A stretch of 55,184 nt of DNA, taken from assembly GCA_964472165.1 (NCBI GenBank), contig CAYYJE010000002.1:1-55184 (forward strand), given 5' to 3'. The DNA is from an uncultured Prolixibacteraceae bacterium (lineage in GTDB: Bacteria > Bacteroidota > Bacteroidia > Bacteroidales > Prolixibacteraceae). The notes beneath the pieces were generated by a model, which saw only the letters and a program-made list of their open reading frames with translations, had not been told where the DNA came from and did no database searches. Of this stretch, positions 38,510 to 48,058 are shown piece by piece; positions within the stretch are counted from its first letter, which is position 1, and every line of letters begins with the position of its first letter. The translations under genes were made by a program, and so were the position numbers.

Positions 38510-39523
38510 ATGAAGATCGGAAATCTCGACCTGGGTGAAATGCCCCTCTTTTTGGCACCCATGGAGGATGTCACTTACAAGTCATTCAGGTACATGTGTA
38601 AAAAATTTGGTGCCGACGTGATGTATACCGAGTTTGTAAATTCGGACGCACTGGTGAGGAATATTGCCAAAACGAAGCTGAAGATGTCGTTGTTTGATTT
38701 TGACCGGCCGGTGGCCATTCAGATATACGGGCACGACATAGAGGCGATGGCCGGGGCCGCCAGGGTGGCCGAAGAAGCCGGGCCCGATTTCATCGATATC
38801 AATTTCGGTTGTCCGATGAAAAAGATCGTCAGACGAGGTGCCGGTGCCGCATTGTTGCAGGATTTGCCAAAGATGCAGGCCATGGCTGAAGCGGTTGTAA
38901 AGGCGGTGAAACTCCCTGTAACGGCAAAAACCCGTTTAGGTTGGGACGAACATGAAAAACCGGTGATGGAAGCCGCACTCCGTCTTCAGGATGCGGGAAT
39001 CAGCGCCCTGGCCATCCACGGACGGACCAGAAGCCAGTTGTACAACGGTCTGGCCGACTGGACACTCATCGGGGAAGTGAAGAATAACCCTGCAATTTCG
39101 ATCCCCATCATTGGAAACGGAGATGTGAGAGGCCCTCTTCGGGCAGCTGAATTACTGCATCAGACCGGTGTGGACGGACTGATGATTGGCAGGCCTGCCA
39201 TTGGAAGACCATGGATCTTCCGGGAGATTAAGCACTACTTCAATACCGGCGAAATGTTGTCCCCTCCAACCGTAGAAGAGGTGGTCGACAATGTGAGAGA
39301 ACAGTTGCGGCTTAGTATTGAATGGAAAGAGAATGAAAGAAGTGGTATTTTGGAAATGCGAAGGCACCTGGCTAAATATTTTCCTCACCTTCCCGGTTTC
39401 CGGGAATTGAAGATCGCCTTGCTGAGGGCGGAAACCCATGCCGACGTCAATGATTTGCTGGACCAGATCGAAGAACAATACCGTGGCATGAAAGTTGACT
39501 ACAGTGATGTAACCTTGAATTAA
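38510..39523 (+). CDS. dusB: tRNA-dihydrouridine synthase
   Basis: LAPMEDVT, DINFGCP, IHGRT, IGNGDV. Confidence 0.92.
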   Translation: MKIGNLDLGEMPLFLAPMEDVTYKSFRYMCKKFGADVMYTEFVNSDALVRNIAKTKLKMSLFDFDRPVAIQIYGHDIEAMAGAARVAEEAGPDFIDINFGCPMKKIVRRGAGAALLQDLPKMQAMAEAVVKAVKLPVTAKTRLGWDEHEKPVMEAALRLQDAGISALAIHGRTRSQLYNGLADWTLIGEVKNNPAISIPIIGNGDVRGPLRAAELLHQTGVDGLMIGRPAIGRPWIFREIKHYFNTGEMLSPPTVEEVVDNVREQLRLSIEWKENERSGILEMRRHLAKYFPHLPGFRELKIALLRAETHADVNDLLDQIEEQYRGMKVDYSDVTLN

Positions 39524-39527
39524 AACG

Positions 39528-39929
39528 ATGGAAAAATTTTATGCCCAAAAATACAATGAGAAGTCGCTGACGGCAAAAATCACAAATTATTCGGCCAAGG
39601 CCGGACAAAAAGTGGTTTATGCGGTCTTGCTCCTTTACTATGTGATGAAGAATCCCGGTGTGGGCTTTAAGACCAAGCTGACGATTGCTGCTGCGCTGGG
39701 ATATTTTATCACGCCCATTGATGCTATTTTTGATCTGACACCGTTGCTCGGTTATACCGATGACCTGGGGATCCTGATCCTTGTCCTGGCGAAAGTCTCT
39801 TCCTCCATCACCCCGGAAATCAAGCTGAAAGCAAGGCAAAAGCTGGGCGAATGGTTCAATAAACGGGATGAAAGCGAATTGCTGGCCCTGGAGAAAAAAT
39901 TCTCCACAACGGGAGAACACGGATCCTGA
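39528..39929 (+). CDS. YkvA/DUF1232 family membrane protein
   Basis: ALGYFITPIDAIFDLTPLLGYTDD. Confidence 0.88.
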   Translation: MEKFYAQKYNEKSLTAKITNYSAKAGQKVVYAVLLLYYVMKNPGVGFKTKLTIAAALGYFITPIDAIFDLTPLLGYTDDLGILILVLAKVSSSITPEIKLKARQKLGEWFNKRDESELLALEKKFSTTGEHGS

Positions 39930-39987
39930 CTGACAAGAGGCAGAATACTTTATTTGTCAACCCAATACTTTTTTCAACATTCCTGAA

Positions 39988-40320
39988 ATGATACAACGCC
40001 TGACTTTGCTGATCCTTGTTATGGTGGGCACCCTGGTGCCGCACGGGAAACTGACAGCCCAGGTCAGGGTGATTGAGAAACCTTTTCCGCCGCGTGACCA
40101 GATGCGGATTCCCCCTAAACCGGCCGACGGGTATGTGTTGTTGCCCGGCCGCTGGGTCTGGCATCGACCGGCCAAAATGTATGCCTGGCTGAGTCCGGTG
40201 TGGGTCGAACCCCCGAAAGGCAAATTATGGTCACCAGGGTACTGGAAAAGCGTGAAAAAAGGATGGGTATGGGTTCCCGGAAAATGGGAAAGTAAAAAAA
40301 GGTACTGGAACCGTATTTGA
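39988..40320 (+). CDS. Secreted YXWGXW/WXXGXW-repeat protein
   Basis: Signal peptide; LPGRWVW, WSPGYW, WVWVPGKW repeats. Confidence 0.8.
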   Translation: MIQRLTLLILVMVGTLVPHGKLTAQVRVIEKPFPPRDQMRIPPKPADGYVLLPGRWVWHRPAKMYAWLSPVWVEPPKGKLWSPGYWKSVKKGWVWVPGKWESKKRYWNRI

Positions 40321-40351
40321 TTAAATCAATCTGGCAGGTAGTTACTTTAGC

Positions 40352-41260
40352 TCAGCTCCGTGTAAGGTTTTGGAAAACATCTTCCAGATTCTGCTGTCTT
40401 TCGGTCAGCGAGAGCAGGGTCACACCTGAGGTTACCGCAAATCTGAAAATTCCGGGCCGCACGTCGGCGCCTGGTTCTGCTGACATCAGCCATCCCTTCC
40501 CTTCCTGCCTGACCGTTGCAACACCGGCGATTTCCCGGAGCAACACCGGAGTGACCGGTTTGTCAAATTCTGCGAAGACCTGCTGGCCTCGTACCAGGGA
40601 TATTTCCTTCAGGTGTGTTAGTTCGCTGTCGGCAACAAGGATGCCCTTATGGATGATCACCACCCGCTGACAAATCGCCTCGATCTCCTGTAGGATATGG
40701 GAAGAGAGCAATACTGTTTTTTCGCGGCTGATTTCTTTGATCAGCGACCTGATCTCTCCCAACTGGTTAGGGTCAAGACCGGTTGTGGGTTCATCAAGGA
40801 TCAATACCGGAGGATCGTGCAGCATGGCCTGGGCAAGGCCTACCCGCTGCCGGTACCCTTTCGATAAAGCCCCGATCATCTTGTGCTGTTCCCGCTCCAG
40901 TCCGGTAGCTGCAATCATCTCCCGTACCCGCTGGCGGGGCCTGGCGATTTTGTAAAACCCCGCGGCTATTTCCAGATACTCGCTGACATACAAGTCGGAA
41001 TAGAGTGGATTGTTTTCAGGCAAATATCCGATCAGACGCTTCACCTCCACTTCGCTGGCAGTAACCCTGGTCCCGTTGACCACGACTTCTCCTCCGTCGG
41101 AATGAAGATATCCGGTGATGATCTTCATCAGCGTCGATTTACCTGCTCCATTGGGACCCAGAAATCCTGCCAGTTCTCCTTTCCGGAGTGTAAAGGTAAC
41201 CTGGTCAAGCGCTTTCTGGGTGCCGAAGAGTTTGGAGATCTCCTTTATTTCTACTGACAT
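40352..41260 (-). CDS. gldA: ABC transporter ATP-binding protein, GldA-like
   Basis: GPNGAGKST, GYLPENNPLY, LSKGYRQRVGLAQA, LDEPTTGLDPNQ. Confidence 0.8.
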   Translation of the reverse strand: MSVEIKEISKLFGTQKALDQVTFTLRKGELAGFLGPNGAGKSTLMKIITGYLHSDGGEVVVNGTRVTASEVEVKRLIGYLPENNPLYSDLYVSEYLEIAAGFYKIARPRQRVREMIAATGLEREQHKMIGALSKGYRQRVGLAQAMLHDPPVLILDEPTTGLDPNQLGEIRSLIKEISREKTVLLSSHILQEIEAICQRVVIIHKGILVADSELTHLKEISLVRGQQVFAEFDKPVTPVLLREIAGVATVRQEGKGWLMSAEPGADVRPGIFRFAVTSGVTLLSLTERQQNLEDVFQNLTRS

Positions 41261-41350
41261 GAAAATTAAAATAATAACAAAAATAGTCGATTCTTTTTAT
41301 ATTTGGGTTATGGTATTAATTTTGCATTCAAGGCGAAGAAAGTATGTGAT

Positions 41351-43204
41351 ATGGACAATCCCAATTTTAAATATATCAACGATTTATGTAAGTACCAGCG
41401 GCTTAAGAGCTTCGAAGTGCAGGTGGGATCGATTCCCCTGGGGGGAGATCACCCAATCCGCATTCAGTCGATGACGGATACCGACACAAAAGATACGGAA
41501 TCCACAGTAAATCAGATAATTAATATTATTAAGGCCGGTGCCGACTATGTCAGGGTAACGGTAAAGGGATTGCGGGATGCGGAAAATCTGAAGGATATTA
41601 AAAAGGAGCTGGTAAATCGCGGGTACGACAATCCGCTGATCGGGGATATTCACTTTAATCCCAAGCTGGCGGAGATTGCAGCACGTTACATTTCGAAGGT
41701 GCGAATCAATCCTGGCAATTTTTACGACAAGCGGGCACAATTTGAACATTTGTTGTATTCCGATGAGCAATACAGGGAAGAACTTCAGAAAATTGAAGAG
41801 TTGTTTGTCCCCTTTCTGGAAATGCTCAGGAAAAGCAATACGGCGCTAAGGATCGGTGCCAACCAGGGGTCGCTTTCCGACCGTATCATGAGCCGTTATG
41901 GTGACACTTCCACCGGGATTGTGGAGTCGGTGATGGAATTCCTCAGAATCTGCAAAAGGGTGAATTTCAACAATGTGGTGATTTCCATTAAATCGAGCAA
42001 TACCCGCATGATGGTCTATACGGTCCGGCTTCTTTGCTATAAAATGAGGCAGGAGGAGATGAACTACCCCCTTCATCTGGGCGTGACAGAAGCAGGAGAA
42101 GGGGAGGAGGGGCGGATTCGCTCTGCCGTGGGTATCGGAGCCCTGCTGGCCGATGGCATTGGTGATACCATTCGCGTGTCGCTCACTGAAAAGCCGGAAA
42201 GGGAGATCCCTGTGGCCCGCAAACTGATCGACCATTTCAGGTCGTATCAGGACCACCAGAAGATCACAGCGCCCCTGCATGCCCAGACCAACCCTTTTGA
42301 ATATGAGAAAAGGTCTACACGTCCCGTGCTTAACATGGGGGGGAAATACCTTCCCGTGGTAATCGCCGACCTGGGAGAACGGTCGCTCCAGGAGATCCTT
42401 CCCATCCGCGGTAAACTGATTCCTGATTATTTCATGTCGGGGAACAGGATCCTTGACATCCAGGGAAATGCCTATCCGGTCATCACTCCGGAAGAGTACC
42501 TCTTTGAAAGTACCCGCTGGGGACGGATGAAATTCATCCGTACCAACAAGTCGGAGTTTGACCGTTTTATGAACCGCCACCCGGAGATAATGACCAAACT
42601 GAAGCAAACCCGGAAAACCGTAATTATCCTGGAAAGCTTCAATAAAAATCCGTTTGCCGAGTTCAGGGCTTTCTTTATGATGCTGGAAACTCATATCTGG
42701 AAGGTGCCGGTGATCATCAGCCGAAGGTACAACGAACGTTCGCTGGAAGATCTCCAGATCAAAGCGTCGGCCGACCTCGGAGGATTGTTCATCGACGGGT
42801 ATGGCGACGGGATCTGCATATCGAACGACCATGAGAATACCACCTTTACCGAACTCAAGGATCTCAGCTTCGGGATTCTTCAGTCGTCGCGCATGAGGGT
42901 TTCCCGGACCGAATTTATCTCATGTCCGGGTTGCGGGCGTACCCAGTTCGACCTGCATGAGACCACGCGGAAGGTCAAGGAGCATTTCGGACACCTGAAC
43001 CACCTGAAAATAGGCATCATGGGATGCATTGTCAACGGACCGGGTGAAATGGGCGATGCCGATTACGGTTTTGTGGGTTCCGGAAACGGGAAAATCAGCC
43101 TCTACAAGGGACTTCAATTGGTCAAGAGAACCATTCCTTTCGAAGATGCCGTGGAAGAGCTGGAACGTCTGATCAGGGATAATGGGGATTGGACAGATGC
43201 CTGA
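41351..43204 (+). CDS. ispG: (E)-4-hydroxy-3-methylbut-2-enyl-diphosphate synthase, long three-domain form
   Basis: IQSMT, DIHF, RINPGN, HLGVTEAG, GDTIRVSLT, CPGCGRT, MGCIVNGPGE. Confidence 0.95.
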   Translation: MDNPNFKYINDLCKYQRLKSFEVQVGSIPLGGDHPIRIQSMTDTDTKDTESTVNQIINIIKAGADYVRVTVKGLRDAENLKDIKKELVNRGYDNPLIGDIHFNPKLAEIAARYISKVRINPGNFYDKRAQFEHLLYSDEQYREELQKIEELFVPFLEMLRKSNTALRIGANQGSLSDRIMSRYGDTSTGIVESVMEFLRICKRVNFNNVVISIKSSNTRMMVYTVRLLCYKMRQEEMNYPLHLGVTEAGEGEEGRIRSAVGIGALLADGIGDTIRVSLTEKPEREIPVARKLIDHFRSYQDHQKITAPLHAQTNPFEYEKRSTRPVLNMGGKYLPVVIADLGERSLQEILPIRGKLIPDYFMSGNRILDIQGNAYPVITPEEYLFESTRWGRMKFIRTNKSEFDRFMNRHPEIMTKLKQTRKTVIILESFNKNPFAEFRAFFMMLETHIWKVPVIISRRYNERSLEDLQIKASADLGGLFIDGYGDGICISNDHENTTFTELKDLSFGILQSSRMRVSRTEFISCPGCGRTQFDLHETTRKVKEHFGHLNHLKIGIMGCIVNGPGEMGDADYGFVGSGNGKISLYKGLQLVKRTIPFEDAVEELERLIRDNGDWTDA

Positions 43205-43236
43205 ACCATCTGAAATTATTCGTGATCCGGTTCACA

Positions 43237-43875
43237 TCAGAGGAAAAGTCCGAATCTGAAACCTCCCACCATCAGGGTACCTGAATACCCCAGGTCGCCC
43301 CACCATTCATTGTAATAGCCATGCAATCCGGAGCTGCGGTTGTCGAAACTGAAGCGGATTCCGGTTCCGAGGTAAAAATCAAAGTAAACAGAGCGGGAAG
43401 CCAGGAACTGGTACCCAAAAATCAGGTTGCCCCCGGTTTTCCAGATACCGGTCTGCATCATCTCTTCTTGCAGCCCGATATAAGTGGCGTCGTCTTCCCT
43501 GTATTGATAGGAGGTCAGTCCTTTATCCCTGACGGAACGGTACTGGAGCACCGGTCCGTAGGCCAGATAGGCTCCCCTGGGATCTTTCCCCTGCCCGATA
43601 AAGATACGGTGCTGAAGGTCAATGCCCACGCCTGTCATTTCGTTGAAGTTCCAAAGATTGGAATTTTCCGTGACCAGGTAGAGCTGGGGGGCCACTACCA
43701 GCCACTGGTTTTTCCCGGGAAGCCGGATGTCAAAATCGATGCGTGTGCCGCTGGTGATGGCATACTGGGGCACCAAACCAATGCCGAATTTTTTTTCTTT
43801 GGGGACAGCAACTTCCGTCTGCCCTGCCAGAAGAAAGGGAAGCAGCAGGAGAATAAGAGAGAAAAAACGAATCAT
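43237..43875 (-). CDS. Hypothetical exported protein, probable outer-membrane beta-barrel
   Basis: Signal peptide, alternating aromatic/Gly strands, C-terminal GFRFGLFL. Confidence 0.65.
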   Translation of the reverse strand: MIRFFSLILLLLPFLLAGQTEVAVPKEKKFGIGLVPQYAITSGTRIDFDIRLPGKNQWLVVAPQLYLVTENSNLWNFNEMTGVGIDLQHRIFIGQGKDPRGAYLAYGPVLQYRSVRDKGLTSYQYREDDATYIGLQEEMMQTGIWKTGGNLIFGYQFLASRSVYFDFYLGTGIRFSFDNRSSGLHGYYNEWWGDLGYSGTLMVGGFRFGLFL

Positions 43876-43884
43876 GAGGTGCAG

Positions 43885-44661
43885 TTATTTAATGATTTTG
43901 ATTTCACTGAGTCTGGTGATGGTGTCGTTTCCGATCTGGTACTGGACAAAGCCTTCTTCGCCGGTGACCAGCGCCAGGCGGCCATTCAGGATGAGGTCGA
44001 AGGCCGGGACATCACTGAAGTGGTAGAGCTGTTTGATCTGGGATTTGTTTTGCACATCAAAGACTTTAATGCCGGCATCGCACACCCAGAGGGTATCGTT
44101 CCGGATGGCCAGTCCCCGGGGAGAAGAAAGAGAATGGGTGCCAACCTGCCTTGGAGCAGTCTTGTCACGGATGTCCACAATCTGCAGTTCATCGCCGGCC
44201 CTCCAGCACCGCATATTCGAGGAGCTGAGGGTCACATAGGCATACTGGCCGTCGGAAACCACCGGATCGCAGGCATAGATATGTTCGTAAAAGGAGATTT
44301 TCTCCGGATTCTCCGGGGAGGTAATGTCGTAGATGTACATGCCGGTGGAGGTTCCCAGGAAGAGGTTCTTGTCGAGGGGAAAGAGGGTCTCCACACCAAA
44401 GCCCACGTTGCGGTTGGTTTTGAATACGGGTTTTTCCGGATCGGCCAGGCTGAATACCTTCAGGGTGCGGTCGTCGACGGTGTAGAGATGATCGCCTGCG
44501 ACGGTAAAGCGGGCCATGGATCCGCCTGTTCCCTCCCCTGAAGAGAAGTCCGATTCGAAACTTTCTCCCATCTGGCAGCCGGCCGCCAGGATCACAATAA
44601 CCAGGGCTGGGAAGAGCCCCCGGGTGACCCTGTTTTTAAGGGCTAATTTCTTTCTTTCCAT
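43885..44661 (-). CDS. LVIVD-repeat lipoprotein
   Basis: Lipobox AAGC; GGSMARF, IYDITSPENP, CDPVV, YAYVTL, LQIVDI. Confidence 0.82.
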   Translation of the reverse strand: MERKKLALKNRVTRGLFPALVIVILAAGCQMGESFESDFSSGEGTGGSMARFTVAGDHLYTVDDRTLKVFSLADPEKPVFKTNRNVGFGVETLFPLDKNLFLGTSTGMYIYDITSPENPEKISFYEHIYACDPVVSDGQYAYVTLSSSNMRCWRAGDELQIVDIRDKTAPRQVGTHSLSSPRGLAIRNDTLWVCDAGIKVFDVQNKSQIKQLYHFSDVPAFDLILNGRLALVTGEEGFVQYQIGNDTITRLSEIKIIK

Positions 44662-45140
44662 CTCACAAGTATTGCGTTGTCAGGGCGGGCCATTTGTTCA
44701 CGGGTAGTAAGTCCCCTGCCGTTGGGAGCCTGCAGTTCAGGGAAAACATCTTTATTGCGGTTGGTGACCTCAATTCCTGTCATTTGGGGAGAGAGGGTCA
44801 GGGAAACAAGATCCACGGCATTGTCGGCATACAGGACCTGGTCCTTCATGGCCATGTCGATGCATCCGTCGATGCGGATAAAGGCGAAATTTTCGGGTTC
44901 CGAGGGATCGGTATTGTCGATCACATGGATGCCCTGGTACTTTTCGTTGATGAAAATCAGGTCGTCTTTCAGGTAGATTTTTCCGGGATTCCGGATGTCG
45001 CGGGGCCCCTCCAGGCGGATTCCCTTTTCCATCTCGCTCCGGAGCATAAAAACCGGCTCATACATCGACACTGGTTCGATGTCAAAGCCCGCGACCAGCA
45101 GGAAGAGGGCACCTACGGCAAGTAATTTGTATTTAGTCAT
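44643..45140 (-). CDS. Exported hypothetical protein with LVIVD-like repeat
   Basis: PGKIY, GIHVIDNTDP, DMA..DQVLYADN..DLV. Confidence 0.75.
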   Translation of the reverse strand: MTKYKLLAVGALFLLVAGFDIEPVSMYEPVFMLRSEMEKGIRLEGPRDIRNPGKIYLKDDLIFINEKYQGIHVIDNTDPSEPENFAFIRIDGCIDMAMKDQVLYADNAVDLVSLTLSPQMTGIEVTNRNKDVFPELQAPNGRGLTTREQMARPDNAILVRWKERN

Positions 45141-45161
45141 CGTTGAATGGTTTAACATATT

Positions 45162-45186
45162 GACGGATTCATACAGGGGGCGTTGC
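45162..45186 (-). promoter_or_regulatory. Putative ECF sigma factor promoter
   Basis: GCAAC-N16-CGTC on minus strand, 22 nt upstream of ATG 45140. Confidence 0.55.
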
Positions 45187-45411
45187 GTCACGCAGCAAAT
45201 TTAAAAAAAAATATTCAGCCGGGCAGTACTCCATCATTTTTAGAAAATGTCAGATGGATATGACAAAAATATCTAATATTGCAAAAACGACCTTAATAAG
45301 AAGCCTGCATTGCTGCCGACAATATTGAATACAGCCAACTGAACCGGATCCCGCTGTGTTTGTTTGGATTACTCTGCCGGCATTATAGTAAACATAAAAT
45401 CATAATGCAAA

Positions 45412-46002
45412 ATGACAAAGACAGATTTCAAGCCGGGAACAATGATTTACCCCTTGCCAGCGGTGATGGTCAGCTGCGGGGAGAGTCCGGAAGAATACAA
45501 TATCATCACCATCGCATGGACGGGCACCATCTGCAGCGATCCGCCGATGTGCTACATTTCAGTAAGGCCGGGTCGCCATTCCCACGGGATCATCAGCCGG
45601 ACTAAGGAGTTCGTGATTAACCTGACCACCGAAGAGCTGGCCCGGGCCACCGACTGGTGCGGATGCCGTACCGGAAAAAAATTCAACAAGTGGAAGGAGA
45701 TGAACCTCACCCCGGCACCTGCACGGATCGTGAAAGCTCCGGTGATTGCCGAATCGCCCGTCAACATCGAATGTGTGGTCAGACAAATCATTCCCCTGGG
45801 TACCCACGACATGTTTATGGCTGAAGTGGTTAATATCCAGGCCGATGAAGCGTATATCGACCACAAGGGCGCTTTTAGCCTGGCCAAGGCAGGCCCCCTG
45901 GTATATAATCACGGCCACTATTTCGGATTGGGAAAGAAAATCGGAAAGTTCGGGTGGAGCGTGGAACGCAAACCAGGGCTTCCTAAAGAAGGTAACCGGT
46001 GA
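45412..46002 (+). CDS. Flavin reductase family protein
   Basis: YPLPAVMVSC, AWTG, EFVINL, ESPVNIEC, GTHDMF. Confidence 0.9.
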   Translation: MTKTDFKPGTMIYPLPAVMVSCGESPEEYNIITIAWTGTICSDPPMCYISVRPGRHSHGIISRTKEFVINLTTEELARATDWCGCRTGKKFNKWKEMNLTPAPARIVKAPVIAESPVNIECVVRQIIPLGTHDMFMAEVVNIQADEAYIDHKGAFSLAKAGPLVYNHGHYFGLGKKIGKFGWSVERKPGLPKEGNR

Positions 46003-46150
46003 CCTGCGGTCTGGTATTCGGTAACCAGTCTCTCAAATCCGTATTCTGGCTCTGACGCGATCGGATCACGAAGCGCAGCAGAGTCCCGGCTCAGACGAGA
46101 CTGGATCACCAGATCACCGGATCACGGGAAAAAGGCAATCGGTGATCGGT
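45991..46150. repeat. Composite short-period repeat, copy B
   Basis: GGATCACC AGATCACC GGATCACG (46103-46126) then GGAAAAAGGCAATCGGTGATCGG; GGTAACC/GGTGACC/GGTATTC heptamers at 45991-46027. Confidence 0.7.
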
Positions 46151-46266
46151 TTTGCCAATTTAAAGACTTAAAAGTATTATTTTGTTAAAGTATGTTAAGG
46201 TGTGTTTTTGAACATACTTAATCCCGGAATTTGAGGTTATATTCATGGAGTATAAAACAAGATGCC

Positions 46267-46458
46267 ATGATAGAATATGCAAAGGTAATTCTGCCGAAAG
46301 TAAGTTTCAGTAAGTTCTTATTCAGGAAAGAGTTGCTCAAGTGTATCGGGTGGATGAAACCCATGGAACTGGTCGAATTGAAACAATGGTGCCTCAGTAA
46401 TTTCAGGAACGAGTTTCCTGATGTGCTGGAAGAGGCGTTTGAAATGAGTGCAGCCTGA
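46267..46458 (+). CDS. Small hypothetical protein (63 aa)
   Basis: MIEYAKVILPKVSFSKFLFRKEL..W; resembles a small Bacteroidota family (from memory); followed by its own terminator. Confidence 0.7.
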   Translation: MIEYAKVILPKVSFSKFLFRKELLKCIGWMKPMELVELKQWCLSNFRNEFPDVLEEAFEMSAA

Positions 46459-46464
46459 AAAAGG

Positions 46465-46497
46465 AAGCCGTCTCCTGACCAGGGCGGCTTTTTTTTT
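46465..46497 (+). terminator. Intrinsic terminator
   Basis: AAGCCGTC / GGCGGCTT stem followed by T run. Confidence 0.8.
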
Positions 46498-46544
46498 AGG
46501 TTTATCATAGCCTGTGGCAGCGAAATTCTTTTTATTTTGCCGCC

Positions 46545-47852
46545 ATGAAACAAACAATCTGGTTACTGCTGCTCTTTTTCCTGGTCCCTTTCACGGGATA
46601 CAGCTCCGAACTGACGGATTATCTGCAAAAACAACCGGCTGTGGAAAGGGTTGAGCCCATCGGTCCGAATCCTTTTTTCGGGGAAGCTGTCCGGTTTTTT
46701 ATCAGGCAGCCTTTGGACCACAAGGATCCGGGGAAAGGCCATTTCCTCCAGCGGGTATTTGTAAGTGTGCGGGGTCAGGATCAGCCTGTAGTGCTTGTCA
46801 CCGAAGGATACGCGGCTGCCTACGGGGGAAATCCGCGGTATCTGAATGAGCTGTGCCCCTTGCTGGATGCCAGTCAGGTGGTGATCGAACATCGCTATTT
46901 TGGGGAGTCGTGGCCCGAAGGGCGCGACTGGCAATACCTGACCGTGGAAAATGCTGCCGGCGACCATCACCAGGTTGTGGCCCTCCTCAAGCCCTGGTTT
47001 TCCGGAAAATGGATCAATACGGGAATCAGCAAGGGGGGGCAAACCGCCTTGTTGCACCGGATGTTCTTTCCTGACGACGTCGATCTGACCGTTTCGTATG
47101 TGGCCCCCATGAATTTTGCCGTGGAAGACGGTCGTCATGAACGTCATATTGCCCGTGTTTCGGGAACAAAGGAAGCCCGCCGGAAAGTCATGGCTTTTCA
47201 GAAGGAAGTGTTGCAACGGCGAGATTCACTGATGCCCCTTTTCGAAAAATGGGTCAGCGATAAAAAATCCACTTTCAGACTCCCCGTGGCCGAGATCTAT
47301 GATTATTCGGTTTTGGAATACAGCTTTTCTTTCTGGCAATGGGGACGGGATCCGGGGACCATTCCTCCGGGGTCCGCTACTGACAAAGAGATTTTTAACC
47401 ATTGGATGGAAGTTTCTGATCCGGGTTATTTTTCCCTGGAAGAACAGGAACGGATGGGCTCTTTTTTTGTGCAGGCAGCCCGCGAACTGGGTTACTACGG
47501 GTATGATACCCGTCCGTTCAGGAAATTCCTGAAGATCAGGAATGCCGGAAACTATCTTTCCCGGTTGTTCCTTCCCGACGGCTACCGTCCGGAATTTGAT
47601 TCCGGGCCGGCTTTCCTGGCCCAACGCTTTCTGAACACCACCAACCTTCCGATGCTGTTTATCTATGGGGAGGATGATCCCTGGACGGCCAGCGGAGTGG
47701 TCATTCCCAGGAAAAGTGCGGTGTTGAAAATTGTCCAGGAGGGTGGCAGTCACCGTACCCGGATTGCCACACTCAGCGAGGAAAACAAAGAGCGGGTACT
47801 GGAAAGGATGAAAGAAGTAATCGAGGTTCCGGAGCCGGTCCAGGTGCCTTAA
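46545..47852 (+). CDS. S28/S37-type serine aminopeptidase, secreted
   Basis: QPLDH, EHRYFGES, GISKGG nucleophile elbow, YGEDDPW. Confidence 0.88.
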   Translation: MKQTIWLLLLFFLVPFTGYSSELTDYLQKQPAVERVEPIGPNPFFGEAVRFFIRQPLDHKDPGKGHFLQRVFVSVRGQDQPVVLVTEGYAAAYGGNPRYLNELCPLLDASQVVIEHRYFGESWPEGRDWQYLTVENAAGDHHQVVALLKPWFSGKWINTGISKGGQTALLHRMFFPDDVDLTVSYVAPMNFAVEDGRHERHIARVSGTKEARRKVMAFQKEVLQRRDSLMPLFEKWVSDKKSTFRLPVAEIYDYSVLEYSFSFWQWGRDPGTIPPGSATDKEIFNHWMEVSDPGYFSLEEQERMGSFFVQAARELGYYGYDTRPFRKFLKIRNAGNYLSRLFLPDGYRPEFDSGPAFLAQRFLNTTNLPMLFIYGEDDPWTASGVVIPRKSAVLKIVQEGGSHRTRIATLSEENKERVLERMKEVIEVPEPVQVP

Positions 47853-47896
47853 AAATAAATTTAATTGGATTATTGGTGATTTTTCCGAAAAAGTAC

Positions 47897-47904
47897 TATC
47901 TTTG
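47897..47904 (+). promoter_or_regulatory. -7 promoter element for tRNA
   Basis: TATCTTTG followed by CA, upstream of tRNA. Confidence 0.7.
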
Positions 47905-47946
47905 CACCGCGTTTGAGTTCTGAAATTCTTTGAATTATAAATATAT

Positions 47947-48019
47947 TGCGGGGTGGAGCAGTTGGTAGCTCGTTGGGCTCATAACCCAGAGGCCGTACGT
48001 TCGAGTCGTACCCCCGCTA
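47947..48019 (+). tRNA. tRNA-Met (CAT), initiator type; CCA not encoded
   Basis: Cloverleaf with D arm GAGC/GCTC, anticodon loop CTCATAA, three consecutive G-C pairs, T arm GTACG-TTCGAGT-CGTAC, unpaired 1:72 position. Confidence 0.96.
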
Positions 48020-48024
48020 CCGAG

Positions 48025-48054
48025 AAGAGGATCAGAAAACTGGTTCTCTTTTTT
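48025..48054 (+). terminator. Intrinsic terminator after tRNA
   Basis: AAGAGGATCAG-AAAA-CTGGTTCTCTT then T run. Confidence 0.75.
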
Positions 48055-48058
48055 ATTT

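Noticed and set aside
41351-43204. Unusually long IspG as a novelty
   Set aside because: The three-domain long form is established for Bacteroidota and the catalytic motifs are intact.
43321-44541. 406 aa plus-strand ORF, and similar long antisense ORFs such as 52646-53977, 23672-24799, 15311-16339 and 41846-42832
   Set aside because: They are shadows of well-supported genes on the opposite strand and contain no recognisable motifs.
45200-45411. Riboswitch or leader peptide (22 aa uORF near 45260-45328) before the flavin reductase
   Set aside because: No recognisable aptamer consensus, terminator or regulatory codon run.
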